Below are positions 33,354 through 50,774 of a DNA stretch of 64,000 nt, piece by piece. A program made the position numbers and the translations under genes. This DNA comes from Anaeramoeba ignava BMAN (Eukaryota; Protista; Anaeramoebae), in contig JAPDFW010000044.1 of assembly GCA_028826165.1 (NCBI GenBank), positions 1 to 64,000 of the forward strand, given 5' to 3'. The first letter of the stretch is position 1, and every line of letters starts with the position of its first letter. The notes under the pieces are model-generated. The model did no database searches. It was not told the DNA's origin and worked only from the letters and a program-made list of their open reading frames with translations.

Positions 33354-36300
33354 ATGAGTATTTCAAATAATAAACTGTTTGTTACACTCAAATTTGCAGA
33401 ATATGATGAATTTCAACGAATTTATCAAAATCAAAATGAAAATCCAAATTTGAATTTAAATGAAAATGAAAATGAAAATGAAAATCAAAATCAAAATCAA
33501 AATCAAATTAAAACTCCAAATTTAAATTTAAATGAAAATCGAAAATCAAATCAAAATTTAAATGAAAATCGAAAATCAAATCAAAATTTAAATGAAAATC
33601 GAAAATCAAATCCACAATTAAAAGAAATTCAAAATCAAATTCAAAATCAAATTCAAAATCAAAATGAAAATCCAAATCAAAATCAAAATCCAGTTTCAGA
33701 ATTACAAGAAAAAGTTCGACAGAAAAAAAGTAAAATTAGAAGAGTTTCAAGACAAGCAAATCAGGCAGAATTAACAGTTTTTGAACTTCAAAAAACAGTA
33801 CAAAAAATGAAAAAACAAATACGGAATTATAAAAAAACAATTTCTAAACAAGACAGAATAATTCAAGAATATGAAAAAAGATTTGGAAAAATTAATATTC
33901 AATCACATAATCAAAATCATTCACAACAAGAAAAGAAAAAAATTGAATCAAAATCAAATTCAAATTCTTTTGATGATCTCAATTGGAAAACTTTAAAAAG
34001 TCCTCAAAATCAAAATATTTCAGAAAAATCAGATGTTCAAAATCTTGATTCTCCAAAAATTTCTGTTTCTCAAGAACAATCTTTTTTAAATACTCCTCGT
34101 ACTACAAAATATGCAATTTTGAATCCAAGAAATCCCTTTTTGAATCGTTTACCAACCCCACTTCCATCTCAAATTATTAATATAAATTCAAATCTGAATC
34201 AATATCTAAATCAAAATCAAAATCAAAATCAAAATCAAAATCAAAATCAAAATCAAAATCAAATTCAAAACCAAAATGAAAATGAAAATGAAAATGAAAA
34301 TCAAAATCAAAATCAAAATCAAAATCAAAATCAAAATCAAAATCAAAATCAAAATCAAAATGAAAATGAAAATGAAAATGAAAATGAAAATGAAAATCAA
34401 AATCAAAATGAAAATCAAAAACAAAATCAAAAACAAAATGAAAATGAAAATCAAAATGAAAACCAAAATCAAAATCAAAAACAAAATCAAAAACAAAATG
34501 AAAATGAAAATCAAAATGAAAATGAAAATGAAAATGAAAATCAAAATGAAAATCAAAAACAAAATCAAAAACAAAATGAAAATCAAAATCAAATTGAAAA
34601 TCAAAAACAAAAACAAAATCAAAACCAAAATCAAAATGAAATTGAAAACCAAAATCAAATTCAAATTGAAAATCAAAATCAAATTCAAAATCAAAATCAA
34701 ATTGAAAATCAAAATCAAAAACAAAATCAAAATGAAAATGAAAATCAAAATCAAAATCAAATTCAAAATCAAATTCAAAATCAAAATCAAAACCAAAATC
34801 AAAATCAAAATCAAAATCAAAATCAAAATCAAAATCAAAATGAAAATCAAAACGAAAAACAAAAAGGAAGTCCTATCCACCACCATATTTATAATTTCTC
34901 ATCTCCTAGTCATAATTATAATATCTCATCTCCTCATTATAAAAATTCTCCAAAACTTAAACGATCTCCAATGCATAATAAAGTTGAAAAAGGAACAAAA
35001 TCCCATAATTTAAATAGTCCTTCAAAACAAAATCTACCTAGAAAAAGAAATGTAACAATTAGCAAATATAGACCTCCATCAAGGAATCAAGGTAACTATT
35101 AATTTAATTCAATATTCAATTCAATTCATTTCAATATTCAATTCAATTCATTTCAATTCAATTCAATATTCAATTTAATTTTATTCAATTTAATTTAATT
35201 CAATTAAATTCAATTTAATTCAATTTATATTAATTCAATTCAATTTAATCAAATTCAATATTCAATTCAATTTAATTCAATTCAATTCAATTTAATTCAA
35301 TTTAATTCAATATTAAATTCATTTTAATTTTAAATAATATTCAATTCCAATTCAATTTAATTCATTTTAATTCAATTTAATTCAATTCAATATTCAATTC
35401 AATATTTAATTCAATATTCAATTTAATTCAATATTCAATTTAATTCAATATTCAATATTTAATTTAATATTCAATTCAATTCAATTCAATTTAATTCAAT
35501 TCAATTTAATTCAATTCAATTTAATTCAATTCATTTTAATTCAATTCATTTTAATTCAATTCAATTTAATTCAATATTCAATTTAATTCAATTCAATTCA
35601 ATTCAATATTCAATTCAATTCAATTTAATTCAATATTTAATTCAATATTCATATTCAAATTCAATTCAATTCAATTCAATTCAATTTAATTCAATTCAAT
35701 TCAATTTAATTCAATATTTAATTCAATATTTAATTCAATATTCAATTTAATTCAATATTCAATTTAATTCAATATTCAATTTAATTCAATATTCAATTTA
35801 ATTCAATATTCAATTTAATTCAATATTCAATTCAATATTTAATTTAATTCATTTTAATTCAATTCAATTCAATTCATTTTAATTCAATTCAATTCAATTC
35901 AATTTAATTCAATTTAAATTCAATTCATTTTAATTCAATTTAATTCAATATTCAATTTAATTCAATTTAATATTCAATTTAATTCAATTCAATTTAATTC
36001 AATTCAATTTAATTCAATTCAATTTAATTCAATTCAATTTTCAATTCAATTCAATTCAATTTAATTCAATTTAATTCAATTCAATTCAATTCAATTCAAT
36101 TTAATTCAATTCAATTTAATTCAATATTTAATCCAATTCAATTCAATTCAATATTTAATTCAATTCAATTCAATATTTAATTCAATTCAATTTAATATTT
36201 AATTCAATTCAATTCAATATTCAATTCAATTCAATTCAATTTAATTCAATTCAATTCAATATTCAATTCAATTCAATTCAATTTAATTCAATTTAATTCA

Positions 36301-37361
36301 TTTTAAATTATATTTCAAATCAAATATTTTTAGGTTCAAGAATACTCGGTATCCAAAGCTACAATTCCCAAGATTCTTACCGCAAAAATATCATCAACGA
36401 AATTCTCACTTCAGAAGAAACATACTTGCAAAGATTAACAATTTTAATCAATTACTTCCTTAATCCACTCAAAAACCAGAATATTCTTACACAAAAAGAA
36501 ATATCAATCATTTTTGGAAATGTAATCGCAATCAAAGAAAATGCAGCATTTTTACTTTATGAATTGAAAAAAAATGCAACTCAATCAAAAAAATTACTTG
36601 AAGTGTTCAAAAAAAATATTCCCTTTTTCAAAATTTATTCAGAATACACAAATAATTGCAATCTTGAATTCGTGAAAGATCTCATTAATAAAAACAAACG
36701 ATTATCAAAATTTCTTCAATTAGTAAAGAGTCAAAGTTCATATCAAAAGCAAGATATTTGCTCATATTTGATTCTTCCAATCCAAAGAATTCCTCGATAT
36801 TTGCTTTTGTTTCAAGATTTACTTGCACATACTTCACATAAATCAAGCGAATATGAACCAATCAAAGAAATTATTGATCAATTGAAAAATTTATCACAAG
36901 ATCTAAATGAAAATCGAAGAAAAAACGAAAATTCTCAAAAAATTGCAGATTTGATTTCCCGAATTAGTTTTTTGCCTGACAATTCAGATTCACTTCTTGA
37001 TATGAAATTGATTAAAGAAGGAGATGCAACTGAATTTTTCCTTTTGGAAGAAAGAATTTACGAAGTTCATTTAATCATTTTGGAATCTGTTGTAATGATA
37101 ACAAAACCGTTGAAATCTTTGTTAAAAAGAAGATCTCAAAATTTGAAGTTTGTTGAAATGTTTCCTGTTAGTTCTATTATTTTAACTCTTCTTCCTTATG
37201 AAATTAAACCAAATGCTTTTGAAATTAAAACTATTAATAATGAATCTTATTTATTTTGTGTTGAAAATGAAGAAGAAAAGAAAAGTTGGATTAAAGCTTT
37301 TTCTAAAGTTATTCAAACAAAAAAAAAAGAAGAAGAAGATGAATTTTCGCAAATTTTTTAA
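33354..37361 (+). CDS. DH-PH RhoGEF (FGD/Dbl-like) with an N-terminal coiled coil and NQ/NE tracts; exons 33354-35091, 36334-37361
   Basis: RKNIINEILTSEETYLQRL, LILPIQRIPRYLLLFQDLLAHT, and PH end EEKKSWIKAF. Confidence 0.9.
35100..36305. repeat. Intronic (TTCAA)n-based satellite
   Basis: TTCAA/TTTAA/TTCAATA units fill intron 35092-36333. Confidence 0.95.
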
Positions 37362-37508
37362 TTTTTTAATTTTCTCCTTTTTTTATTTTTTTTAACACTT
37401 GGAAAATTTTTTTTTTTTAATTTTTTTTTTCATTTTTTTTCTTTTCTTCTTTTAAAAAAATAAAACAAACAAACAAATAAAAAACTTATATTTTAAATTT
37501 AAAATCAA

Positions 37509-41824
<4,316 letters not shown>

Positions 41825-42096
41825 GTTTCCAAAAATTCCATTTTTTTTTTAGAATCCAAAAAAAAGTGAAAAATTTTTTTCCGTTTTTTTTTTTGCTTTT
41901 TTTTTTTAGATTTCCATTTTTTCTTTTTTCTTCTTTTATCTTTTTTTAAAAAGAACAAAAATAATAACCAAAACAATAATAATCATAATCAGAAAAACAA
42001 TAAGAGAAAGAGAAAAAAATTTTAATAAAAAAAAAATTTTTTTCATTTTTTTCATTTTCATTTTTTTCTTTTCCAAAAACAAAAACCAAAAAAAAA

Positions 42097-44340
42097 ATGG
42101 CATCAGTAATAATTATAATTATAATTATAAAATTAATTTATAATTTAATTTATAATTTAATTTATATTTTAATTTATAAATTAGCATGATAGAAAAAAAG
42201 AAACAAGAAGCAATCAAGAAGTGGAAAAAGATCTTCAAAAAATCAATCAATATGAAAAAATCAAAGAAGAAATGATTAAAAGAAGATCAACCAAAATTTA
42301 CGATAAAGAAAGTCTTGAACTTTCCGAAAAGCTAGTGTTAATTAATCCTGATCTTTATTTTGTTTGGAATTTTAGAAAAGAGATTATCCTTTTTTTGGAA
42401 AAAAATCCCAATGAAGATCTTGAAGAAATTTATCAAAAGGAACTTTTGCTTATTCAAAAATGTTTAATTAAACATCCAAAGTCTTATTTTACGTGGTTTC
42501 AGAGGAAATGGATAACTGTAAGAATGAATAATTGTAACTGGCCTCATGAACTTATTCTTTGCAAAAAATTTTTAGCTGTAGATGAAAGAAATTGTATTTT
42601 AAAATTAAAATTCAATTATAAAATTAAAATTCATTTAAATTAAAATTCATTTATAAAATTAAAATTCATTTAAATTAAAATTAAAATTAAAATTAAAATT
42701 AAAATTAAAATTAAAATCAAAATTAAAATTAAAATTAAAATTTAAAATCAAAATTAAAATTATAATTTTTAGTTCATTGTTGGAATTATAGAAGATTTGT
42801 TGTTGAAAAAGGCAAACAAAGTTTACAAGATGAATGGGAATTTACTACTGAAAAAATTGAACAAAATTTTTCTAATTATTCTGCTTGGCATAATAGAACA
42901 AAATTATTAAATAAAATTAATAAATTAGATGATTCAAAAACTGATGAAAAACTTACCCCATTTAATTTTAGAAATGGTTAATATTAAAATTAATATTAAA
43001 ATTAAAATTAAAATTAAAATTAAAATTAAAATCAATATTAAAATTAAAATTAAAATTAAAATCAAAATTAAAATATAAAATTAAAATATAAAATTTAAAT
43101 TAAAATTTAAATTAAAATTAAAATTAAAATTTAAATTAAAATTAAAATTAAAATTCATTTATAAAATTAAAATTAAAATCAAAATTAAATTTAAATTTAA
43201 AATTAAAATTGAAATTAGAACTTGATTTTGTTACTCAAGCTTTTTATACAGATCCTGATGATCAAAGTGGATGGATTTATCATAGATGGTTAACTCATAT
43301 TAATAACTCTTTAGAAGTTATAAACCATGAAATTGAAATGTGTGAAGATTTACTTTCTTTAGAACCTGAAAGCAAATGTAATTTAAAATTAAAATATAAA
43401 ATTGAAATTTAAATCGGATAAAAAATTAAAATTAAAATTAAAATTAAAATTAAAATTAAAAATTAAAATTAAAATTAAAATTAAAATTAAAATTAAAATC
43501 AAAATATAAAATTAAAATTAAAATATAAAATTAAAATTAGAATTAAAATTAAAATTAAAATTAAAATTAAAATTAAAATTAAAAAATTAAAATTAAAATC
43601 GGATAAAAAATTAAAATATAAAATTAAAATTAGGGACATTATTCACTTTGGTTTTATTGTTATTACAAAAAATCAAAAATTACGAAAAGAAAAAACAATC
43701 ATTTCAACGAATTTTGGAAATTTTATTAAAATTAAAGATAATTGATCCAATACATTATCAATATTATCAAGATTTATCAAGTGAAATATTAACAGATTAT
43801 TTTTTATTTGAAAAAGAAAATCAAAAAGAAAATGAAAAAGAAATTCAAATTATTCCTTCATTAACTGATCCAAATATTCAATTTACTATAAATTTGTCAA
43901 AACTTAACTTATCAATTCAAAATGTGGAATTTTCAAGAATTATTTTTAGAACAAATTTTTTTTCAATTAAAAATTTAGATTTATCAAATAATAAAATTAC
44001 TTCTTTATCAGGTTTACAACAATTTCAATCAATAGAACAAGTTAACCTTGATAATAATCAAATTCAAATCATTCCAATTATCATTTTAGCAAAACTCCCT
44101 AATTTAATTAATTTTTCTTGTCGAAATAATTTAGTTAATTCTTTTGATGAAGGTTATGATGGTGATTTTTTAGATCAAAATGAAACTGAAAAAAAAACTA
44201 ATAAAAACCAGAAATTAAACTTAAAACTTCAAGTACTTAATCTCAAAGAAAATCCAATAAAGGAAACAAAGGAATATCAAGATTTAATAATCCAATTTTT
44301 TCCAAATTTAATTTTATTAGATGAAGAAGAAAAAAAATAA
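42097..44340 (+). CDS. RABGGTA: Rab geranylgeranyltransferase alpha subunit (PPTA repeats + C-terminal LRR); exons 42097-42105, 42185-42593, 42773-42976, 43219-43377, 43634-44340
   Basis: MASHDRKK start; [48 protein letters not shown] and [17 protein letters not shown]; LDLSNNKI LRRs. Confidence 0.92.
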
Positions 44341-44458
44341 GAAATTAAAAAAATTAGTCAAAATTTTTTTAACATTACTAATTAATAAAAAAAAATAAAA
44401 AAAAAAAAACAAAAATTTTTTTTTCATTTTTTTTTGAATTTATTTTTTCTATTTTTAA

Positions 44459-46158
44459 ATGGTAAAAAAGATTATTTGATTAGAAAGAAAAGCAAAAAAA
44501 ATAAAAATAATAAATAAAACTAAAATAAAAGCAAAAAACAAGAAAAATTTAAAAAAGAAAAATTTATTTTAATTTTAAATAAAAAAATATAAATTTATTT
44601 ATTTATTTAAATAAAAGGCAGCAACACTTAAACCTTATTTGGATTGCATTAGAAGTACACTTACTGCATCATTGTGTTTACAAAGTTTTTCCTCACAAGA
44701 AGTGGAACGTCATAATAAGCCAGAAGTTGAATCTCAGTAAATTTTAAAGAGAGAAAATTTAAATTAAAATTAATATTAAAATTAAAATTAAAATTAAAAT
44801 TAAAATTAAAATTAAAATTAAAATTAAAATTATAATTAAAATTAAAATTAAAATTAAAATTCATTTATAAATTAAAATTCAAATTAAAATTATAATTAAA
44901 ATTAAAATTTAAAATTAAAATTCAAATTAAAATTAAAATTAAAATTAAAATTATAATTAAAATTAAAATTAAAATTAAAATTAAAATTTAAATTTAGAAA
45001 AAGCAAAGAATTAATTTGCAAACCAGTCAAAATTTGCAGAACTGAAAAAGAAATGTGTTTGATTGAAACTTCAATTAATTCAATAAGAGTTAGTATTTCT
45101 TTGAAAAAGTCAGATGAAGTTGAAGAAATTTTAACAGAGAAATTTATGAGATTTTTGATGATTAGAGCTGAAAACTTTCTTATTCTTCGAAGAAAACCAA
45201 TTCAAGTAAAAATTAATTTATAAAATAATTTATAAAATAACTAATAAAATAAATAATAAAATAACTAATAAAATAATTAATAAAATAATTAATAAAATAA
45301 TTAATAAAATAATTAATAAAATAATAAATTAATTAATAAATTAATTAATAAATTAATTAATAAAATAATTAATAAAATAATTTATAAAATAATTTATAAA
45401 ATAATTTATTAAATAATTAATAAAATAATTAATAAAATATTTAATAAAATATTTAATAAAATAATTAATAAAATAATTAATAAAATAATTAATAAAATAA
45501 TTAATAAAATAATTAATAAAATAATTAATAAAATAATTAATAAAATAATTAATAAATTAATTTATAAAATAATTTATAAAATAATTAATAAAATAATTAA
45601 TAAAATAATTAATAAAATAATTAATAAAATAATTAATAAATTAATTTATAAAATAATTTATAAAATAATTAATAAAATAATTAATAAAATAATTAATAAA
45701 ATAATTAATAAAATAATTTATAAAATAATTTATAAAATAATTTATAAAATAATTTATAAAATAATTTATAAAATAATTTATAAAATAATTTATAAAATAA
45801 TTTATAAAATAATTTATAAAATAATTTATAAAATAATTTATAAAATAATTTATAAAATAATTAATAAAATAATTTATAAAATAATTAATAAAATAATTAA
45901 TAAAATAATTAATAAAATAATTAATAAAATAATTTATAAAATAATAAATAAAATAATTAATAAAATAATAAATAAAAGGGTTATGATATCAGCTTTTTGA
46001 TCACTAATACACATACAGAAGAAATGTTTAAGCACAAATTAGTTGATTTTATTGTTCATTTCTTAACTGAAATTGATGCAGAAATTAGTAGTATGAAAAT
46101 CACATTAAATCAAAGAGCAAGAATTGTTGCTGAAGAATTACTTAAGAAATTCGCTTAA
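44459..46158 (+). CDS. ARPC4: Arp2/3 complex subunit 4 (p20); exons 44459-44461, 44618-44736, 44998-45205, 45979-46158
   Basis: [13 protein letters not shown]...[13 protein letters not shown]...[11 protein letters not shown]...[24 protein letters not shown]. Absent from the ORF track because the exons are short. Confidence 0.96.
45210..45976. repeat. Intronic 12-bp satellite (TAAAATAATTAA / TAAAATAATTTA)n
   Basis: Fills ARPC4 intron 45206-45978. Confidence 0.95.
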
Positions 46159-46445
46159 ATTTTTAAATCAAAAAAAAAAAAAGAACAAATTCAACTCAAA
46201 AACAAAAATTCTCTTTTTTTTTTCTTGTTGGAAAATTTGCTTGACTAATTTTCCTTTTTTTTTGCTTTTTTGCTTTTTTTTTTCTTTTCTTTTTTTCATT
46301 TTACTTCAAAGAAATCCATTAACAAAAAAAAAAATTTGATTCACATTAAAAAAAAATTTTTTTTCTTTTATTTTTTTTTTGTTCCACTTTTTGTTTTGAA
46401 TAAAAAAAAATAATTCCAAATTAATTAATTAATTAATTTATTAAT

Positions 46446-49400
46446 TTAATTATCATTTTCTTCAAAAGAACTCATCCATTCATCAGTATCAGATTTTGAT
46501 TTTTCATCTGGAGAAAACATATCCATTGCATTTCCTTTAGGCATTTTTGAAGATAAATGATTTTCAAGAGTTGAAATTTGAGAAAGAAGAGTAACATTTT
46601 CTTTTTTAAAATTTCGATTAATTTCTTTTAATTTTTCCGACATTTTTGACTGTTTTTTCTTTTTCTTGAATTAATCTTTTATTTTCATTTCCCAAAGTTT
46701 GAATAATTGAATTTATTTGAGTAATTTGAGTGTTTTTTTCTTTAAATAATAAATTTTCTTCTGAAATTAAATTGTTTTGTTTGATTAAATTTTCAATTTC
46801 TTGTTTAAGAATTTGATTTGCAGAATCAATTTCTTGGTTATTTTGATTTTGATTTTTCAAAGCTTCAATTTCTTGCAAAAGCTTTTTGTTTTGTATTCTT
46901 ATAATTGCCAATTCTTCAGTGAATTTTTGGTTTTCTTTTTCTTTTTCTTCTTTTTTCTTTTCAAATTGTTTCTTTTTTTCCTCAATTTGAAGAATTAAAT
47001 TCTGTTTTTGATCTTCTATTTTTTCCATTTCTCGATCCAAAAGAACTTCTTTTTGAATTAATTCTTCAAGTTCCTTTTGTTTTTCTTTTTTTGCTTGTTC
47101 AAATTTTTTATTTTCTGTTGATAATCTTTCAATTTCATCTGTAAGTGTTTTATTAACAGAACTAAGAGTTTCATTTGCAAAAGAATCAACAAAACTATCT
47201 TGATTATCTAAATCTGATAAAGAAGATGAATCTAAATTTAAATCTAAATCTATATTTTCATTTTCTTTTAAATTTTGATTTTGATTTTCTTTTGATTTTT
47301 GGATTGATTTCCCTTTTTCTTCTTCAGGTTCATTAAAAATATTATCTAAATTATTTTTCACTTTTTCAACTTCTTGATTCTTATTTTTTTTAATTTTTGT
47401 AATTTTTTTGATTTTTTTGACTTGAGTTTTTGGTTTTGAATTTGAGAAATCATCAGTAATTTTAGTATCATTTTGGATATCAGGATTATTTGGAGATTTA
47501 TTTGTAGTATAATTAGGATTTTTAAGAGCTAATTTTGGTGATTTTGGAACTGTTCTTGGTTTTTGAGTATGCTTTTTGGCGATTGATTGTAATGTTTGGA
47601 TATCTTGTGCTTTTAAAGTTGGTTTTACAAGAAATGATTTGTATTTTTCTGCTTTTGTATTCATTGGTTTTGCTTCTTGTGTTGTGTTATTGTTTGGGGT
47701 GTTATGTTTTTTTTGAAGTTGTTCTAGTGGATATTTTATCTTTGTTGTATTTGGTGATGGATTTTTAGGTTTTTTTAGTTTGATTTCTTTTTCACTTGGT
47801 GATTGTGTTGTTTTAGAATCCATTTTCGTTTGTTTTGTTTTTTCATTTCCTTCTATTTATATTTATATTTATATTTATATTTATATTTATATTTATATTT
47901 ATATTTATATTTATATTTATATTTATATTTATATTTATATTTATATTTATATTTATATTTATATTTATATTTATATTTATATTTAGATTTATATTTAGAT
48001 TTATATTTATATTTATATTTATATTTATATTTATATTTATATTTATATTTATATTTATATTTATAATTATATTTATATTTATATTTATATTTATATTTAT
48101 AATTATATTTATATTTATATTTATATTTATATTTATATTTATATTTATTTTATATTTATATTTATATTTATATTTATATTTATATTTATATTTTATATTT
48201 ATATTTATATTTATATTTATATTTTATATTTATATTTATATTTATATTTATATTTATATTTATATTTATATTTATATTTATATTTATATTTATATTTATT
48301 TTTATTTATATTTATTTTTATATTTATATTTTATATTTATATTTTATATTTTATGTTTATATTTATATTTATGTTTATGTTTATGTTTTATATTTATATT
48401 TATATTTATATTTATATTTATATTTTATATTTTATATTTATATTTATATTTATATTTATATTTATATTTATATTTATATTTATATTTATATTTATATTTA
48501 TATTTATATTTATATTTATATTTGTTTATGTTTATATTTATATTTATGTTTATATTTATATTTTTATATTTATATTTTATATTTTTATTTTTATTTTTAT
48601 ATTTTATATTTTTATTTTATATTTTTATTTTATATTTATGTTTATATATTTTTATTTATATTTATATTTATATTTATATTTATATTTATATTTATATTTA
48701 TATTTATATTTATATTTATATTTATATTTATATTTATATTTATATTTATATTTATATTTATATTTATATTTATATTTATATTTATATTTATATTTATATT
48801 TATATTTATATATTTATATTTATATTTATATTTATATTTATATTTATATTTATATTTATATTTATATTTATATTTATATTTATATTTATATTTATATTTA
48901 TATTTATATTTATATTTATATTTATATTTATATTTATATTTATATTTATATTTATATTTATATTTATATTTATATTTATATTTATATTTATATTTATATT
49001 TATATTTATTTATATATATTTATATTTATATTTTATATTTATATTTATGTTTTTTATTTATATTTTATTTTTATATTTTATGTTTATTTTATTTTTATTT
49101 TATATTTTATTTTATTTTTATTTTATTTTTATTTTTTTTTTATATTTATATTTTATATTTTATATTTATATTTATATTTATATTTATATTTATATTTATT
49201 TATTTATTTCATATTTATATTTATATTTTATTTTATATTTATAGTATATTTATATTTATATTATATTTATATTTATATTTTATATTTATAATTTTTATAT
49301 TTATATTTATGTTTTTATTTATATTTTGTTTTATATTTTATATTTATATTTTATATTTATATTTATATTTATATTTATATTTATATTTATATTTATATTT

Positions 49401-50437
49401 ATTCATTTTTATTTTATTTTATATTTATATTTTTATATTTTATATTTTTATATTTTATTTATATTTATATTTATATTTATATTTATATTTATATTTATAT
49501 TTATATTTTATATTTATATTTATATTTTATATTTATATTTATATTTATATTTATATTTATATTTATATTTATATTTTATAATTATATTTTAGATTTTTTA
49601 TATTTTATATTTATATTTATATTTTGATTTATATTGATATTGATATTTATATTTATATTTATATTTATATTTATATTTTAGATTTAGATTTTAGATTTAG
49701 ATTTAGATTTATATTTATATTTATATATATTTATATTTATATTTATAATTATATTTATATTTATATTTTATATTTATATATTTATATTTATATTTATATT
49801 TATATTCATAATTATATTTATATTTATATTTATATTTATATTTATATTTATATTTATATTTATATTTATATTTATATTTATATTATTTATATTTATATTT
49901 ATATTTATATTTATATTTATATTTATATTTATATTTTTATATTTATATTTATATTTATATTTATATTTATATTTATATTTATATTTATATTTATATTTAT
50001 TTTTATATTTAGATTTATATTTATATTTATATTTATATTTATATTTATTTTTATATTTATATTTATAATTATATTTATAAATAGATTTATATTTTCAGAG
50101 TTTGAATTGAATTGGAATTTTCAAGTTTACGCTTATTTAAAGTACTTGTATCAGGAGCATGAGAATTGCAATAAAAAGAATGATTGACAAATTTATAGTT
50201 TGAAGATTCTAATTTAACATTACAAACTTTGCAACTTATTTTTATTTTTTTATTTTATTTTTATTTTATTTTTATTTTATTTTTTAATTTAAATTAAATA
50301 ATATTAATATTTAAAAAAAAATACACAAAACATTTTTTATGCGCTTTAATTCCATCAACTTCTATTTTTTCTGTTGATTTAATTGGTGAATTACAAACTG
50401 GACAAAGAACTTTTTTTCTTTTTAAAAACTTTAACAT
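46446..50437 (-). CDS. LIM-domain + coiled-coil protein; exons 50437-50325, 50234-50131, 47852-46446 (apparent 1-nt frameshift near 46650)
   Basis: Spliced N-terminus [63 protein letters not shown] has full LIM spacing. Phase-1 intron 47853-50130 joins in frame to ORF 46618-47823. Confidence 0.85.
47854..50090. repeat. 2.2-kb (TTTATA)n microsatellite forming intron 2 of the LIM gene
   Basis: Hexamer tandem bounded by GT (50130) and AG (47853) on the minus strand. Confidence 0.93.
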
Positions 50438-50774
50438 TTTATATTGTTTTTGTTTTTGTTTTTTATATTTGGAAAATGAATTGAGAAAAAGAAAAAAAAT
50501 GAAAAAAAAAAAATCAAAAAAATATTTTTTCTTGTTTTTGTTTTTTTTATTCCCTTTTTATTATTATTATTATTATTATTGATACTATTGAAATCTTTTT
50601 TTTAAAAGAACCAAAAAACTTTAAAAGTCAAATGTTTTTAATTTCAATTTCAATTTCAAAATTCCAAAAATCAAAAAAAAATTCGAAAAAAAAAGATTTT
50701 TGATTTTTGATTTTTGATTTTTCATTTTTTTCTTTTTTAAATAAATAAAAAAAATAAATAGAAACATAAAAAAA

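Noticed and set aside
26499-35013. Poly-MK, IK, IL and FH ORFs
   Set aside because: Alternate frames or antisense of coding NQ/NE hexamer tracts.
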